DNA of 64,000 nt from Mobula hypostoma (GCF_963921235.1 NC_086108.1:110052001-110116000), one strand, 5' to 3'; positions 12,418-25,756 are shown, counted from the first letter of the stretch. Made by a program: numbers and translations. The notes: a model not told the origin generated them from the sequence alone.

Positions 12418-12525
12418 ACTTGAAAATTATTTATGTGGGTTTCACTGAGAGTGAAGTCTACGACCAAGTGCTGGATTCTGTGCTTCTTGGGCCTGTTCTG
12501 ACAGGAAGGCACTTTTGTTTTTCGC
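12418..12525 (+). pseudogene. asf1: ASF1 exon 2 remnant
   Basis: DL--KIIYVGFTESEVYDQVLDSVLLGPVLTGRH/FVF versus ASF1A DLEWKIIYVGSAESEEYDQVLDSVLVGPVPAGRHMFVFQ. The acceptor reads ttttgg (AG lost), EW is deleted, there is a 2-nt frameshift at the Met, and the donor reads atatga (GT lost). Confidence 0.92.
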
Positions 12526-12860
12526 ATATGAAGTTATTGCCAAATAAAATCTTTCAAACGTCACTGCAGAGTTCTGGAGCAACATACAGGGAGCTAGAGG
12601 AACTCAGCGGCTCAGCGGGAGGGAAACTGACAGTCAATGTTTCTTGGTGAGACCTTCATTTAGGACTGGAAGGAAGGAGAGCAGATAGACAGGATGAAAA
12701 GATGGGGGAAGGGGAGGAGTGAAGGGTGGACCCCAGTGAGGGGATGAGGGTGTTTTGGGCAGGTGAAGGGGGTGGGGGAGAGGAGAGATGTGAAAAGCTG
12801 GGAGGTAATGAGTGAAAGTGACAAAGGGCTGAAGAAGATGGAGTCACACACACTAAATAT

Positions 12861-13478
12861 TAGTGCCGGGAGGAGAAGATGGCAGCGCGCAGCACTCCGG
12901 TGAAAAATGATATCGTATCTGTTAAATAGGGGCCGTGGACAATTCTGATTTGAAGGAGAATGGACGTGAAAGGACAGAGGAACATCTGGTGAAATTTCTG
13001 AAACGCCCGTCCGCTGCTGTCGTTACTGCGTGGTCGGGAATCTTTTGGAGGGTAGGCCTCAAAATCCCCGGCCTTGCCTGCTTTTGGCGACCGGGAAGGA
13101 GATCGAATTGCTCGGACAGAGATGCCGCTCAGTACTCGGTGTCGGAGAGCTGATCAGACCTTGAAGTTTTTGGATGACTCAGAGTCGGATTGTGGTCGGC
13201 ATGGCAGGGAGAGTTTTTCTTCCTTCTCCCGTCTGCGTGAGATGTGGGACATTTGAGGAACTTTGAACATTTACTGTGCTCATGGACTTCTTCACCAAGC
13301 TATGGTATTGTTGCACTGTTGTAACTATATGTTATAATTATGTGCTTTTGTCAGTTCTTTAAGTCTTGGTTCGTCCTGTGTTTTGCGATATCACACCAGA
13401 GGAAATAATGTATCATTTCTTAATGCATGCATTACTAAATGACAATAAAAGGGGACTACGTGTCTTCATAATCTAATA
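12861..13478 (+). mobile_element. Apparently full-length (~620 bp) non-autonomous CpG-rich retro-repeat
   Basis: 5' gggaggagaagatggc, 3' tgacaataaa...ataatctaat, no long ORF. Inserted into a PLE-derived short repeat. Homologous to 31045-31720(-). Confidence 0.75.
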
Positions 13479-13879
13479 CAGGAGGAACTCAGCAGGTCTT
13501 GGCTGCATCTATGGACAGAACTGAACTGTCGACATCGCCGTTGATGCTGCCTGACCTGCTGAGCTCCTCTAGCATTTTGTGAGTGTTACTCTGGATTTCC
13601 GATCTGCAGAAATCCCTGGTGTCCTGAAGAAGGTGGAATCTAGAATGAAACCGAGCCGGATCTTATGGCTAAACTTTGATATTTCAGGGCACAGGTTAAT
13701 CATGAGTATTTATTTTGGAATTGTTGATGCATACTGAATAGTGGCGTGCTGTGAAACAGCTAACATTGCTTCCTCAACTCCAGGGGTTCCAATGCGATCC
13801 TAACCAAGGGCACCTTCACATAGTGATGTTGGATTAGGCTGTTTAATTGTTATTTTCTCACTCGCAGACACATCATTTT

Positions 13880-14525
13880 GGATTGGCCACAATCTCCCTC
13901 AGTACAGGTGCACCACAAAGATGTGTGTTTAGCCCCCTGCTCGACCCCCCTCACTTATGACCATGAGGCTAAGCACAGCTCCAAAGCCATACTTACGTTT
14001 GCTGATGACACCACTGTGGTTGGCCAAACCAAAGGTGGTGATGAATCAGCATACAGTATAAGAGGGAGATTGAAAGTCTGGCTGAGTGATGCCATGACAA
14101 CAGCTACAAGCTCTCACTCAATGTCAGCAAGACTAAGGAGCTGATTATTGACTTCAGAAGGAGGAAACCAGGGGTCCATTAGACAGTCTTCACCAGGAGA
14201 TCAAGGTGGAGAGGGTCAACAACTTTAAATTCCTCGGTGTTATCATTTCAGGGGACCTGTCCTGGGTCCTACATGTAAGTGCCCTTACAAAGCCACTACT
14301 TTGTGAAGATTTGGCATGCAATCTAAAACACTAACAAACTTCTGTAGATGTGTGGTGGAGAATATATTGACTGGCTGTCTCGCAGCCTGGTACGGCAACA
14401 CCAATGACATTGAACTGAAAATCCTACACAAAATAGTGGATATGGCCTAGTCCGCAATAGGTAAAACCCTCCCCACCACTGAGCGCACCTGTACGGAAAG
14501 CTGTCATAGGAGAGCAGCATCCAAT
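13880..14525 (+). mobile_element. Rex1/Babar-clade LINE RT fragment (degenerate)
   Basis: STGAPQxCVxSP-like segment, then FADDTTVVG...GGDESAY and FKFLGV motifs across frameshifts. Confidence 0.8.
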
Positions 14526-14679
14526 GTGCAGAGAAAAAAAACGCAAACAAATAGCGTTCTGAGGTGTGCGAGGGAATCCTATAGTTCAGCACAGAACCAA
14601 GTATACCTCATGGAGCAGTTATCAGAACCAGCCCGTACCTTACCTTGGGCCCCAACAACCTGATCTTTTCAGTCTGGCC

Positions 14680-15030
14680 CAGCACCTGAATCGATATCCA
14701 AACATCAGACCTGGGGCCTGGACGCCACCTCCTCAGTTGGGCCTGTAACGGCCTTTCCAATTCGGCACGGCGCTGAATTCTTCATCCAAACATCGAGTTC
14801 GGTTGAGTCATTATGTTCTGGGGCCTGGACCTCATCACCTCGATTTGGCCTGTAACAGAATTTCTAATTCGGCATGGCGCTTAAATGTCCGTCCAAACAT
14901 CGAGTTCATGTGGTCCGCTGCCTGGACCTCGCTGCCTTGATTCAGCCTTCGGCACAGCGCTTAAATCCATCGAAGCTTGGGTCCTCATCACTCTCGGTGA
15001 CAGGCCCGTCACCTCACCTCGCCTCAGTTC
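14680..15030. repeat. Imperfect ~105-bp tandem repeat (about 3 units)
   Basis: ctggggcctggac...ggcctgtaac...aattcggcaYggcgct...tccaaacatcgagttc at 14711 and 14818, with a weaker third unit near 14920. Confidence 0.7.
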
Positions 15031-16570
15031 TGCCATGTCAAATTGCCTTCAAGTTCAAAGGGAGGTTACAGTCTATTACTTGTGATGATCCATGGTCGCT
15101 CAACTTCTGCTTTTAATTCAGCATATTTCTGGTGTGTTTTTCACTTATTTATTTCTGTATGTTATGTGTGTTTGGATAGTTATTACGGATTGTCCTAACT
15201 GTAATAATAGATCGGTTGTAACTTGTGGAACTCTGACTCTAAAACTCGATCAGGCTCATATTTATAACAAAGTCTGGTGTCTTTTGTGAGTTTGTATTTT
15301 AAAGCAAGACTTTGGTGAATGATGTTTGCCACTTGATTGTGTCTAAGTACTCAGATTGTGTTAAATTGCTGCAGGATCCTGTAATGTGTTGGATGTTAAT
15401 ATAAGTACGGTATAGCAAAAGTGTTTATTGCCTTTGTTATATGTTTACTATTGAGCTCAGTTTGACAGATTCTCTTAAGCCTTCTGTTTTAAGTTTTCCC
15501 TTTGTCACACAACAATCTATTTTCTTTGCTCGTTGAAGTCCCAGATCTATAGGTTTCATGTTCATCCATCGGTTGTATTGTATCCTGCTGCTCTGTTTTG
15601 TATTCTATTAGCTCCATTGCACCATCCTTTATGTTTAATGTTCTGCACTTATTCAGTCCCAAGTTCATGTTTATACACTGAGAAAACAGTTCTACTATTT
15701 GAATTAATTTCTTTAGCTTTACTGATGAAGGAGCATATAATTTCTAATCATCCATGTAAAGAAAGTGTGTCACGGTATAATTTGTTTCGTTGTTTCTGAT
15801 TTGATATCCTATTTTCGTCTGATTCAGTAAATTAGAGAGCAGGTTTAAAGCTGGGCAAAACTATAGTTGCCTTAGAGAGTCACCCTGGAAAATGATTATT
15901 ATTTATTTTTTCTTATTTTCTTTCTTTTTGTATTTGCACAGGGTTTTTTTTCGCATATTGGTTATCCGTCCTGTTATGTGTAGCCTTTCATTGTTTCCAT
16001 TGTGTTTCTTGTAGTTACTGTTACTGGCCGGAAGAAAATGAATCTCAGGGATGCATATCATGGCATATATGCACTTTGATAATAAATTTACTTGGAACTT
16101 TGAAATTTATTTAGATTTTCTTTGCAATTTAACAGTTAATTACCTGCTAGTCTCTTAATATACCTACTTATATATATATATGTAACTGTTTAGTATGTTT
16201 CCGAATGGTCATAGTACAGTGACTTCTTCAAGCTCACCTGCAGAAACAGCTTAATTTCTACCTTTAGTAAAGCTCCTTTTCCTTTTCAAGGAGTATGGGG
16301 TTCGGTCAATGACCCTGACCTAGAGCTATACTGAAACTTTGGTTCTTTGCGGCGATGGGACCCGCTCCCGGGACTCACTGACCGGCTGTTTTCTGAAATC
16401 CCAAAGACATGGCCGAGAAGATGAGAGCGCCTTTGGGGTCCTGAAGCTTTGAGGCCGTGGGGACAAGCCAATTCTACGCCTGTGCCACCAACTGAAGCAT
16501 TGCAGGGAAAAACAGAATATCAGAAACATCTCCATCTCCATCTCTCTCTCCGTCTCTCCATCTCTCCTGT

Positions 16571-17620
16571 TTGAGTACTTTTGCGGGGGACAACCTACCT
16601 GGGGGAAGCGACAGTGGCCGTGCCTCTGGCACAGAGTCTGTCCCTGTGGCTCAGAAGGGTAGGGAAAGGAAGAGGATGGCAGCAGTGATGGGGGACTCTA
16701 TAGTTAGTTGGTCAGACAGGCTATTCTGTGGACGCAGGAAAGAAACATGGATGGTAGTTCGCCTCCGAGGTGCCATGGTCCAGGATGCTTCTGATCGCGT
16801 CCACAATATCTTGAAGTGGGAAGGAGAACAGCCGGAGGTCATGGTACATATTGGTACCAATGACATAGGTAGGAAAAGGGAGGAGGTCCTGAAAACAGAC
16901 TGCAGGGATTTAGGAAGGAAGTTGAGAATAAGGACCTCAAAGGTAGTAATCTCGGGATTACTGCCTGTGCCACGCGACAGCGAGTATAGGAATAGAATGA
17001 GGTGGAGGATAAATGCATGGCTGAGGGATTGGAGCAGGGGGCAGGGATTCAGATTTCTGGATCAATGGGACCTCTTCTGGGGCAGGTGTGACCTGTACAA
17101 AAAGGATGGGTTGCCCTTGAATATGAGGGGGAACAATATGGGAGGTTTGCTAAGGCTATTGGGGAGGGTTTAAACTAGAATTGCTGGGGGGTGGAAACCA
17201 AACTGAAATGACAGAGGAAAGGGAGGTTGCTTCACAAATAGAGAAAGCTTGTAGACAGTGTGAAAGGGAGGAAAGACAGGTGATAGAGAAGGGATGTACT
17301 TAGACCGATGGTTTGAGATGTGTCTATTTTAACGCATGGAATACTGTGAACAAAGCGGATGAGCTTAGAGTGTGGATCAGCACTTGGAGCTATGATGTTG
17401 TGGCCATTACAGAGACTTGGATGGTGCAGGGGCAGGAATGGTTACTTCAAGTGCGAGGCCTTAGATGTTTCAGAAAGGACAGGGAGGGAGGCAAAAGAGG
17501 TGGGGGCGTGGCACTGTTGATCAGAGATAGTGCCACGGCTGCAGAAAAGGAGGAAGTCATGGAGGGGTTGTCTACGGAGTCTCTGTGGGTGGAAGTTAGG
17601 AACAGGATGGGGTCAATAAG
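16571..17620 (+). mobile_element. CR1 LINE: ORF1 SGNH esterase domain and start of ORF2 APE endonuclease
   Basis: ORF 16571..17173 has GDSIV...VHIGTNDI...DGLPLN (SGNH). ORF 17313..17627 has YDVVAITETW...RKDREGGKRGGGVALL. Confidence 0.92.
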
Positions 17621-18232
17621 GAAGTAGCCCAAGAAATAGTGGATGCATTAGTGATAATTTTTCAAAACTGTTTAGATTCTGGACTAGTTCCTGAGGATTG
17701 GAGGGTGGCTAATGTAACCCCACTTTTTAAAAAAGGAGGGAGAGAGAAACCAGGGAATTATAGACCCGATAGACTGACGTCGGTGGTGGGGAAAATGCTA
17801 GAGTCAGTTATCAAAGATGTGATAACAGCACATTTGGAAAGCAGTGAAATCATCGGACAAAATCAGCATGGATTTGTGAAAGGAAAATCATGTCTGACGA
17901 ATCTCATAGAATTTTTTGAGGATGTAACTAGTAGAGTGGATAGGGGAGAACCAATGGATGTAGTATATTTGGATTTTCAAAAGGCTTTTGACAAGGTCCC
18001 ACACAGGAGATTAGTGTGCAAACTTAAAGCACACGGTATTGGGGGTATAGTATTGATGTGGATAGAGAATTGGTTGGCAGACAGGAAGCAAAGAGTGGGA
18101 ATAAATGGGACCTTTTCAGAATGGCAGGCAGTGACTAGTGGGGTACCGCAAGGCTCAGTGCTGGGACCCCAGTTGTTTAAATATATATTAATGACTTAGA
18201 TGAGAGAATTAAATGCAGCATCTCCAAGTTTG
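17620..18232 (+). mobile_element. CR1 ORF2 reverse transcriptase fragment
   Basis: ORF 17639..18199: VPEDWRVANVTPLFKKG...QHGFVKGKSCLTNL...YLDFQKAFDKVPH...GVPQGSVLGP. Confidence 0.93.
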
Positions 18233-18351
18233 AGTTATACAGCTCTCATTACATGCATGTGCAGGTCAACTCTTTGAGTGATTATGCAGAAAGTTTGAAG
18301 TTAATAACTCATCTCCTTCTACCTTAGACCATGAACTTATCAATCACCCCT

Positions 18352-18663
18352 TGTATATGCAGTGTTCCCTAGTGGTTACATTGGTACAGCTCTAGTAGCT
18401 TCTCTGGTGTTTAATTATTTGAGTAGGGGCTATCTGATTGGTGGACTCTTATCTACAACTTTGAATGAAATGTTTCTTATCTATGGGATATAAAAAGAGC
18501 TGAACTTGAGGCTCCACCATTGTTTTGTTCCTCTCTCCCTTCAGTGACTGGACCTCCGTCAGTGTCCACTTTTCAATCCTGTTTGCTCTATTAGCGCTTA
18601 ATAAAACTATCATGAAGCACCAGGTTTCATGCCTCTTTCCAAAAGAACCTTTGATCAAAAACA
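18352..18663 (+). mobile_element. Possible LTR-like segment
   Basis: TG...CA-like ends with attgg, tataaaa and aataaa in promoter/polyA order. No TSD found. Confidence 0.35.
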
Positions 18664-18761
18664 TCAGAATGCAACAGAGCTTACACATCCTCCCTGTGAC
18701 TGGGGGGTTTCAGCCAACTGTTCTCATTTCCTTCCGTGGCCCAAAGACATGCTGGTAGTTT

Positions 18762-19189
18762 TGTTACCGGGTTCGGATATGGTGCAAGTGCGGAGCGAGA
18801 GACACTGAAGCAGGTCAATAGTTCACAGACTTTAATGAGAACAGTGTTAAACGGAAAAGAAAACAATAAACGCTAGGCTAAACAGGGCTGTTAACTAAAA
18901 CTCTCAAATGGAAAACGAAGCCTACACTACGGCTGAAAAGAACAACTAAACATTAAACGAATACCACTAGTCTTCAGAGTCAGTAGACTCAACAGTGCAA
19001 TTTCCCAGGGAAGGGTGAATGCAAACAGGCAGCGATGCGTTGCTGTGCTCTGTCCAAGTCTCGACAAGCACTACAACAACATGTATGAAGTTACATATTA
19101 CCACGATTAAATAATAATTAGCTGACACATGCATATTCAGAAGCGCAATTTGCTGTATCTACTGTGCTGCCAAATCCATGGGTGTTTCA
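18762..19189 (-). mobile_element. Probable Gypsy solo LTR
   Basis: Minus strand runs TGAAAC...GTAACA with attaaa near its 3' end. Only an approximate agtt flanking duplication. Confidence 0.55.
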
Positions 19190-19499
19190 AAGTTAACTAG
19201 CCCCTGTAAATGACTTCAGTGTTGACATGATGGAAAAGGATTTAAAAAATACAGACTGCTTGTTTTTGTATTTGCATAGTTTGGATTTTTTGCACATTGG
19301 TTGTTGTCTGTCCTGTTGATCTCTCATTGATTTTATTGTGTTTCTTGTATTTACCGTGAATGCCTTCAATAAAATGAATCTCAGTGTTGTATGTGGTGGC
19401 ATATATGCACTTTGATAATAAATTTACTTTGATCTTTGAACATGTACTGAGATACAGTGAGAAGGTTGTTTTACATGCCACCCAGGCAGATCATCTTGC

Positions 19500-20850
19500 A
19501 CAGAGAGATCTCCCTCGCCTCCCCATGCTTCTCTGATCAGTCCTGTGTGCTCTAAGCACCCCAGAACCCGCGCTATCCTGCCCTTCTGCTCTGAGATGTC
19601 AATGTAATGATTCTTCAGGCAATGACACTGAAAAATATCTTCCCCTGAACGCTGAGCAGTGAGATGACTCGAAACTGCTTGATGTTTTTGGAGTTCTTCT
19701 TCTTGAAAATCCGGACACCATCTGCAGGACTCCATTGGTGGGTCACTCTAAACCCCCTCCAAGCCAACGCTTTTTTTGCCGGTGGGGGGAGGAGGCATTT
19801 TGCTTGCTGACGCTTATGTGCAGGAGGGCGGGGAGCTGGGGGGCACCTTGAGGTTCTAACATTTAACTGTCATTCATTCTTTGGGGCACTCTGTTTTCGT
19901 GGATGGCTGCGAAATAAAAGAATTTCAGGATGTATATTGTACACATTTCTCTGACATTAAATGTACCTTTGAGACCTCTCTCAAGCTGGGCTCCTTGCTG
20001 TAAAACTCAGTGGTAGGTGCTGGTGGACTTGTCGGGTCCCCGCATGTCCCCAGGTCTTGCTTCTGGGTTGCACCTGTGTAGGTGTCCCAGAGATGCTGAC
20101 CAATCTCCTCCTTTGGGGAAGATAGGTGTCCACTCCGTTTTTGTTCAAGAAGCTTCAGCAGATCAGCTACGAAAGCAGCCCTCTTCCTGGCTCTCTCCCT
20201 CCTGTGCCGTCTGTGCCCTTCTGCATGAGAAACTTCTTCCTCACGATGTTATGAAGCTCCTGCAGTGCTTCCTTCTCCTCCTCTGCTGCCTCCTTGAACT
20301 GTCATATAAGTGACCTGATCTCCTGTCTCAACTGACTAAACTTGATGGTCCTCTGGTACATCGCACAGGGTGTGCCCAGCCAAAGCCTCTCCGCAGTAAA
20401 ACTGACGATGACCATTCACATGAACTTGAGCCTTCTGTCGGAACCCCTTCCTGAAGCATCAGGTATCTTGTCCACATCGTCATCGAACTGATGCCACTTG
20501 TCCTTCCTGCAGGCCGAACGCCACTCCACCAGGCAATGTTCTGAAGCTATGGTTGAGATTGGGGTTTTGAGTAAACAGGTTCTGGGCACTGTGAGGTAAC
20601 TCCAGGCCTGGCTCCTCCTGTGTTTCACCAGAGATGATCCCAGTGTGTTGTACCCACTGTTCCTTGCTCAAACATCTCATCTTGGCCCAGTGGATCCTCA
20701 GACCACGCAGGTTCTTACAAACTTTGCCGCAGACACATTTCCTAGTGTGGGTCTTCATTGGCAGGTCTGTCTGGTAGGAGTTCTCATTATATCCCCCTTC
20801 TTGGCTTCCCTGAGGGTACTTCTTTAGAGTGCTCTGTAGCTTTAGCTGGT
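19500..20850 (-). mobile_element. HERO-like (RLE-type non-LTR) element N-terminal and RT fragments, interrupted
   Basis: ORF 20480..20758 has an N-terminal zinc finger (CVCGKVCKNLRGLRIH..KMRC). ORF 19424..19735 has YIDISEQKG...GCLEHTG. Confidence 0.7.
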
Positions 20851-22050
20851 TTTACATGATGGTAGCAGCTGGAACAGTTTGTGGTTGGGGTGACTCAGGT
20901 CCCCAATGATCCTTCAGGCCCTTTTTACACACCTTTCGCTGTAAATGTCCTGAATTGTGGGAAGTTCACATCTACAGATGCGCTGGGCTGTCTGCACCAC
21001 TCTCTGCAGAGTCCTGTGATTGAGGGAAGTACAGTTCCCATACCAGGCAGTGATGCAGCCAGTCAGGATGCCCTCAGTTGTGCACCTGTAGAAAGTTCTT
21101 AGGATTTGGGGTCCCATACCAAACTTCTTCAACCGTCTGAGGTGAAAGAGCTGCTGTTGTGCCTTTTTCACCACACAGTCAGTATGTACAGACCACGTGA
21201 AATCATTGGTGATGGTTATGCTGAGGAACTTAAAGCTGTTCACCATCTCAACCCCAGATCCATTGGTGTCTAAAGGGGTTAGCCTGTCTCCATTCCTCCT
21301 GTAGTCCACAACCAGCTCCTTTGTTTTTGCGACATTGAAGGACAGGTTGTTTTCTTGACACCACTGTGTCAGGGTGATGACTTCTTCTCTGTAGGCTGCC
21401 TCATTACTATTTAAGATTAGGCCAATCAGTGTAGTGTCATCAGCAAATTTAATTAGTAGATTGGAGCTGTGAGTGGCGACACAGTCATGGGTATACAGAG
21501 AGTAAAGGGCTTAGTACACAGCCCTGAGGGGCACCTGTGTTGAGGGTCAGAGGGGCAGGGGTGAAGGAACCCACTCTTACCACCTGCCGGCGATCTGACA
21601 GGAAATCCAGGATCCAGCTACACAAGACAGGGTCAAGGCCGAGGTCTCTGAGCTTCTTGTCGAGCCTGGAGGGAATTATGGTGTTGAATGCTGAACTGTA
21701 GTCCAAGAACAGCATGTGTTGGCACGTGACCAAGTGGTTAAGGCATCGGTCTAGTGATCTGAAGGTCACTAGTTCGACCCTCAGCTGAAGCAGCGTATTG
21801 TGTCCTTGTGCCCTTGAGCAAGGCACTTAACCACACATTGCTCTGCGATGACACCAGTGCCAAGCTGTATCGGTCCTAGTGCCCTTCCCTTGGACAATAT
21901 CGGTGGCGTGGACTTGCAGCATCGGCAACTGCTGGTCTTCCATACAACCTTGCCCAGGCCTGCACCCTGGAAACCTTCCAAAGCGCAAGTCCATGGTCTC
22001 ATGAGACTAACGGATGTCTATTAGTCCAAGAACAGCATCCTCACATAAGG
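20850..22050 (-). mobile_element. Rex1/Babar-clade LINE RT to C-terminus, interrupted by a SINE
   Basis: MLFLDYSSAFNTIIP...LNTGAPQGCVLSPLL (21485..21826) and KKAQQQLFHLRRLKKF...LTGCITAWYG (20914..21309). Confidence 0.88.
21716..22021 (+). mobile_element. tRNA-derived SINE with perfect 17-bp TSD
   Basis: tRNA-like head ggcacgtgaccaagtggttaaggc...agttcgaccct. tagtccaagaacagcat is duplicated at 21699-21715 and 22022-22038. Confidence 0.9.
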
Positions 22051-23119
22051 GTGGGTAAGTAAATCATACTGAGAACATAACTTGTAGAGTCCTTGAAAAT
22101 GAGTCCATAGGTTTTAGAATCAGTTTAGTGTTGAGATGAGTGAAGTTATCCACACTGGTTCAAGAGCCTGATGGTTGAGGGGTAATAACTGTTCCCGAAC
22201 CCGCTATTGTGGGACTTAAGGCTCCTGTACCTCATTCCTGTTGGCAGTATGGAGAAGAGAGCATGGCCTGGATGGTGGGGGTCTCTATTGATGAATGCTG
22301 ATTTCTTGTGGCAGTGCTCCTTGTAAATATGTTCAGTAATATGGAGGGTTTTACCTGTGATGGATTGGGCTGAATCCAAATCAAAATCAGAGTTGAGTTT
22401 ATTGTCACATGCACAAGTAAACGTATGCACACATCTCTATAGATCATCAACTGGATAGAAAGTTTTTCTTCTCCAGTTTATGTTATCACTGGGCACTAGC
22501 CTCTCCAGCATTGAGGACATCTTCAAAATGTGATGGCTCAGAAAGGTGGCGTCCATCATTAAGGACTCCCGTCACCCAGGACATGCTGTCTTCTCATTGC
22601 CTACATCAGAAGAAGGTACGGAATCTGAAGGCACACACTCAGTGTTTTAGAACTGGCTCTTCTCTTCCACCAATGGACAAAGAACCCAAGTACGCTACCT
22701 CATTTTTTTCTTTTTTTCTGCCTTCTTTGCTCTCTTTTTGCACTACTGATTTAATTTGTTTTTTAAATTTTTTATAGTAATTTATAGCTTTTTTTAAAAT
22801 CATGTATTACACTCTAATGCTGCTGCAAAACAACAAATTTCACAAAATATGCCAGTGATATTAAACCTGATTCTGATTCTCAATTGAGCATAGGTTTAGG
22901 AAAATGTCTTTAGAGCGCCATCCTGTGGCATTTCACTGCCAGTGCGGAGGGTGCCTGGTTGCATCAGGAACGACTGTAAGCTTCTGTCAGGAAAGCTGGA
23001 GTTGGATCCTGCTCTTGGAGACTTGACCAGTAGAAACACTGCCCTTCAATATATAAAACACTTAGATGCAGTACAGTACTAAGGAAAGTCCACCAGCATC
23101 TTTACTCTTTTAGGAGATT

Positions 23120-23510
23120 AGACATAGGAACAGAATTAGGCCATGTGGTCCTTCAAATCTGCTCCGCCAATCCATCATGGCTGATCTATTTCCCTCTCAA
23201 CCTCGTTCTCCTGCCTTCTCCCCATAACCTTTGATGCCCTGACTAATCAGGAACCTATCAACCTCTGCTTTAAATATACTCCATTCGTGGCAACGAGTTC
23301 CACAGATTCATTACCCTCTGGCTAAAGAAGTTCCTACATATCTCTGTTCTAAAAGGATATCCCTCTATTCTGACACTGTCCCACTGGTCCTAGACTCTCC
23401 CACTATAGGAAACAACTTATCCACATCCACCCTATCTTGGCCTTTCAATATTTGTTAGGTTTCAATGAGATTCCACCCCCTCATTCTTCTAAACTCTAGC
23501 AAGTACCATC
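23120..23510 (-). mobile_element. CR1 3' end
   Basis: Reverse complement of a CR1 ORF2 end and 3' UTR, similar to 39004-39420. Confidence 0.8.
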
Positions 23511-25283
23511 GAGCACTCTAACAAACTTCTACAGATGGATCTTTAAAAATATCCTGACTGGTTGCATCATGGTCTAGCAGGACAACTCGAATGTACAAGA
23601 ATGTAAGAAGCTGAGTAGTGGTAGTAATGCAATACATCACAGCCACATCGTATGCAGATGGAAAGATGTTTCCCATATTCTGAGGTTTATGTGATTATTG
23701 GACTGTACTTTATTTTCTTCAGTTTTTCGATGCTTTCTTTCTTGTGACAGATTGGTGGGTGGGTGTTCTGTTAATTTTTTGTGTGTAAGGGGGTTTTGGG
23801 GATTATTACTGTCACTCTTCTTTTCTGTGAGTGAAGGGGTCGGGACTTGTTATTGTCTCTGTTTTTTTCTGCGGGTGAGGGGGTTGGGGAATGGTTAATG
23901 GAGTCGGGGACTGTTAGGGCTTCGGGGATTGTTATTGTCTCTGTTTTTTCTGCGGAGGAGGGGGAGAATTTTGGGGTCTGCAAGTTTCGTTTCTTTTCTT
24001 CGTTGTGCCAGTGGTTGGTGGGTGGGGGGAGTGGGGGAAGATTGAAGTCAGCACCCAATGTCTTCCATATTTAATGGATATCTGGAGTAGATAAATATCA
24101 GAGTTGTATTGTACTTGCATACTTAGACAATAACATAAACCTTTGAACATCCTTCCCCACCATCAGTATTACCTACAGGAGGCCCTGCCTCAGGAAATAA
24201 TTAGCTATCCTTCGGGCAAGAGGTACAGAAGCCTAAAGTCTCACACAATCAGATTCAAGAACAGTTACTTCCGTTCAACCATTCGGTTCTTGACCCTTCA
24301 GTTTAACAACACTGTGACCACTTTGCACTAAAAGGTACTCTATTTTTCTTTATTCCAATTGTCTCTTCTTGTAAAAATAATGTATATATTTTTAAAATGT
24401 GTGTTCTTATGTATGTTGTTTATCTAATGCTCTGCACCCTTGCTGCTGCAAGTAAGTTTTTCATCGTCCCTGTACTTGTGCAAATGACAGTAAACTCAAC
24501 TCGGACTTTATACTTACTACAACACAAGGTGATGACTCAGCCTGTCAGGTCTGTGTGGACTTGCAGGGGAAGCAATCCCACCAGTCATATTTCCTGCTAC
24601 AGAGAAGCCCATTAACAGTAAGTGACGGCCTACAGTAGCCATTTAGTTACCAGCACATTTTTGGGAATGTGGGAGGAAACCGGAGCATTTGGGGGTGGGG
24701 GAGGAACCTGCACAGTCACAGGGAAAGCGTGCAAACTCAACAGGGAGCACATGAGGTGAGAATCAGATTTATTATCTCTGACTTAAATGAGAATTTTTTT
24801 GTTTTGTGGCAAAGATATGAAATTAATACAAGATGGACTGTTGACTTCACAATCCACCTCGTTATGATCTTGCACCTTGTTTTTTTATCTGTACTGCAGT
24901 TTCTCTGTCACCGTTACACTTTATTCTGCATTCTGCTATTGTTTTACTTTGTTCTACCTTACTGATCTGATCTGGATGAACTGTTTACAGGACAAGCTTT
25001 TCACTGTATCTCAGTGCATGTGACAATAATAAACCAATTCCAATACCAAGGTGGTGCTGTCTCAGGATAGCATGTGTTTTACCTTCCTGCTCTAATAAGA
25101 CTATTATATGATTCTCTGGTACACCATGATATCACAATCTACCTCGTTATATCCTTGCATCTTATTGTCTGACTGCACTGCACTTTCTCTGTAGCTGGTA
25201 CACTTTATTCTACATTCTGTTATTGTTTTACCTTGTTCTTATTCACTGCCCTGTGTAATGATTTGATCTGTGTGAAGAGAGTG

Positions 25284-25585
25284 TGACATGAGACCTGACG
25301 AGGGTGGTTTGAACCGAGTGCTGGAGGATCTGAGGCTGGAATGGAGACGTGGTATAAAGCTGGAACGAGAACTGAGTGAAAACAAAACACGAGATCATAT
25401 CTCGAGTTGGACTTAAGATTGAGCCCTGAGCCTCAGTTCAAGTGCTCTTCTTGGCACCCAAAATATGATTGCCAATTCACAGGAGCATACTGAACCCTTA
25501 AAGGGGCCACACCAGCTCTCCGTACTCAGGAGAGTTAGAGAGTCTAAATTCCAGAAGCTGGTGCAGTTGGGAACGTCTCATAACA
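25284..25585. mobile_element. Possible solo LTR
   Basis: Ends tgacatgagac / gtctcataaca (imperfect inverted termini, TG...CA). It interrupts another repeat; the TSD is degenerate. Confidence 0.5.
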
Positions 25586-25756
25586 CAGTACACAAGACAA
25601 GTTTTTCACTGCATATCAGTACATGAGACAATAATAAACCAATTCCAATACTAATCTCAAAAATACATTAGTAGCGTAAGATAAAGGAATAACGTAATGT
25701 TCATGGGTTCATGGATCATTCAGAAATCTAGTGGCAGAGGGAACGAGAAAAACAAG

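Noticed and set aside
15081..15509. Solo LTR (tgtga...tcaca)
   Set aside because: No TSD and no clear internal LTR signals; left unassigned.
16571..17173. Stand-alone SGNH lipase/esterase gene
   Set aside because: It is directly followed by CR1 ORF2 endonuclease; the esterase is a known CR1 ORF1 domain.
21719..21795. Functional tRNA gene
   Set aside because: The acceptor stem is not convincing, and the sequence continues into a SINE body with a TSD.
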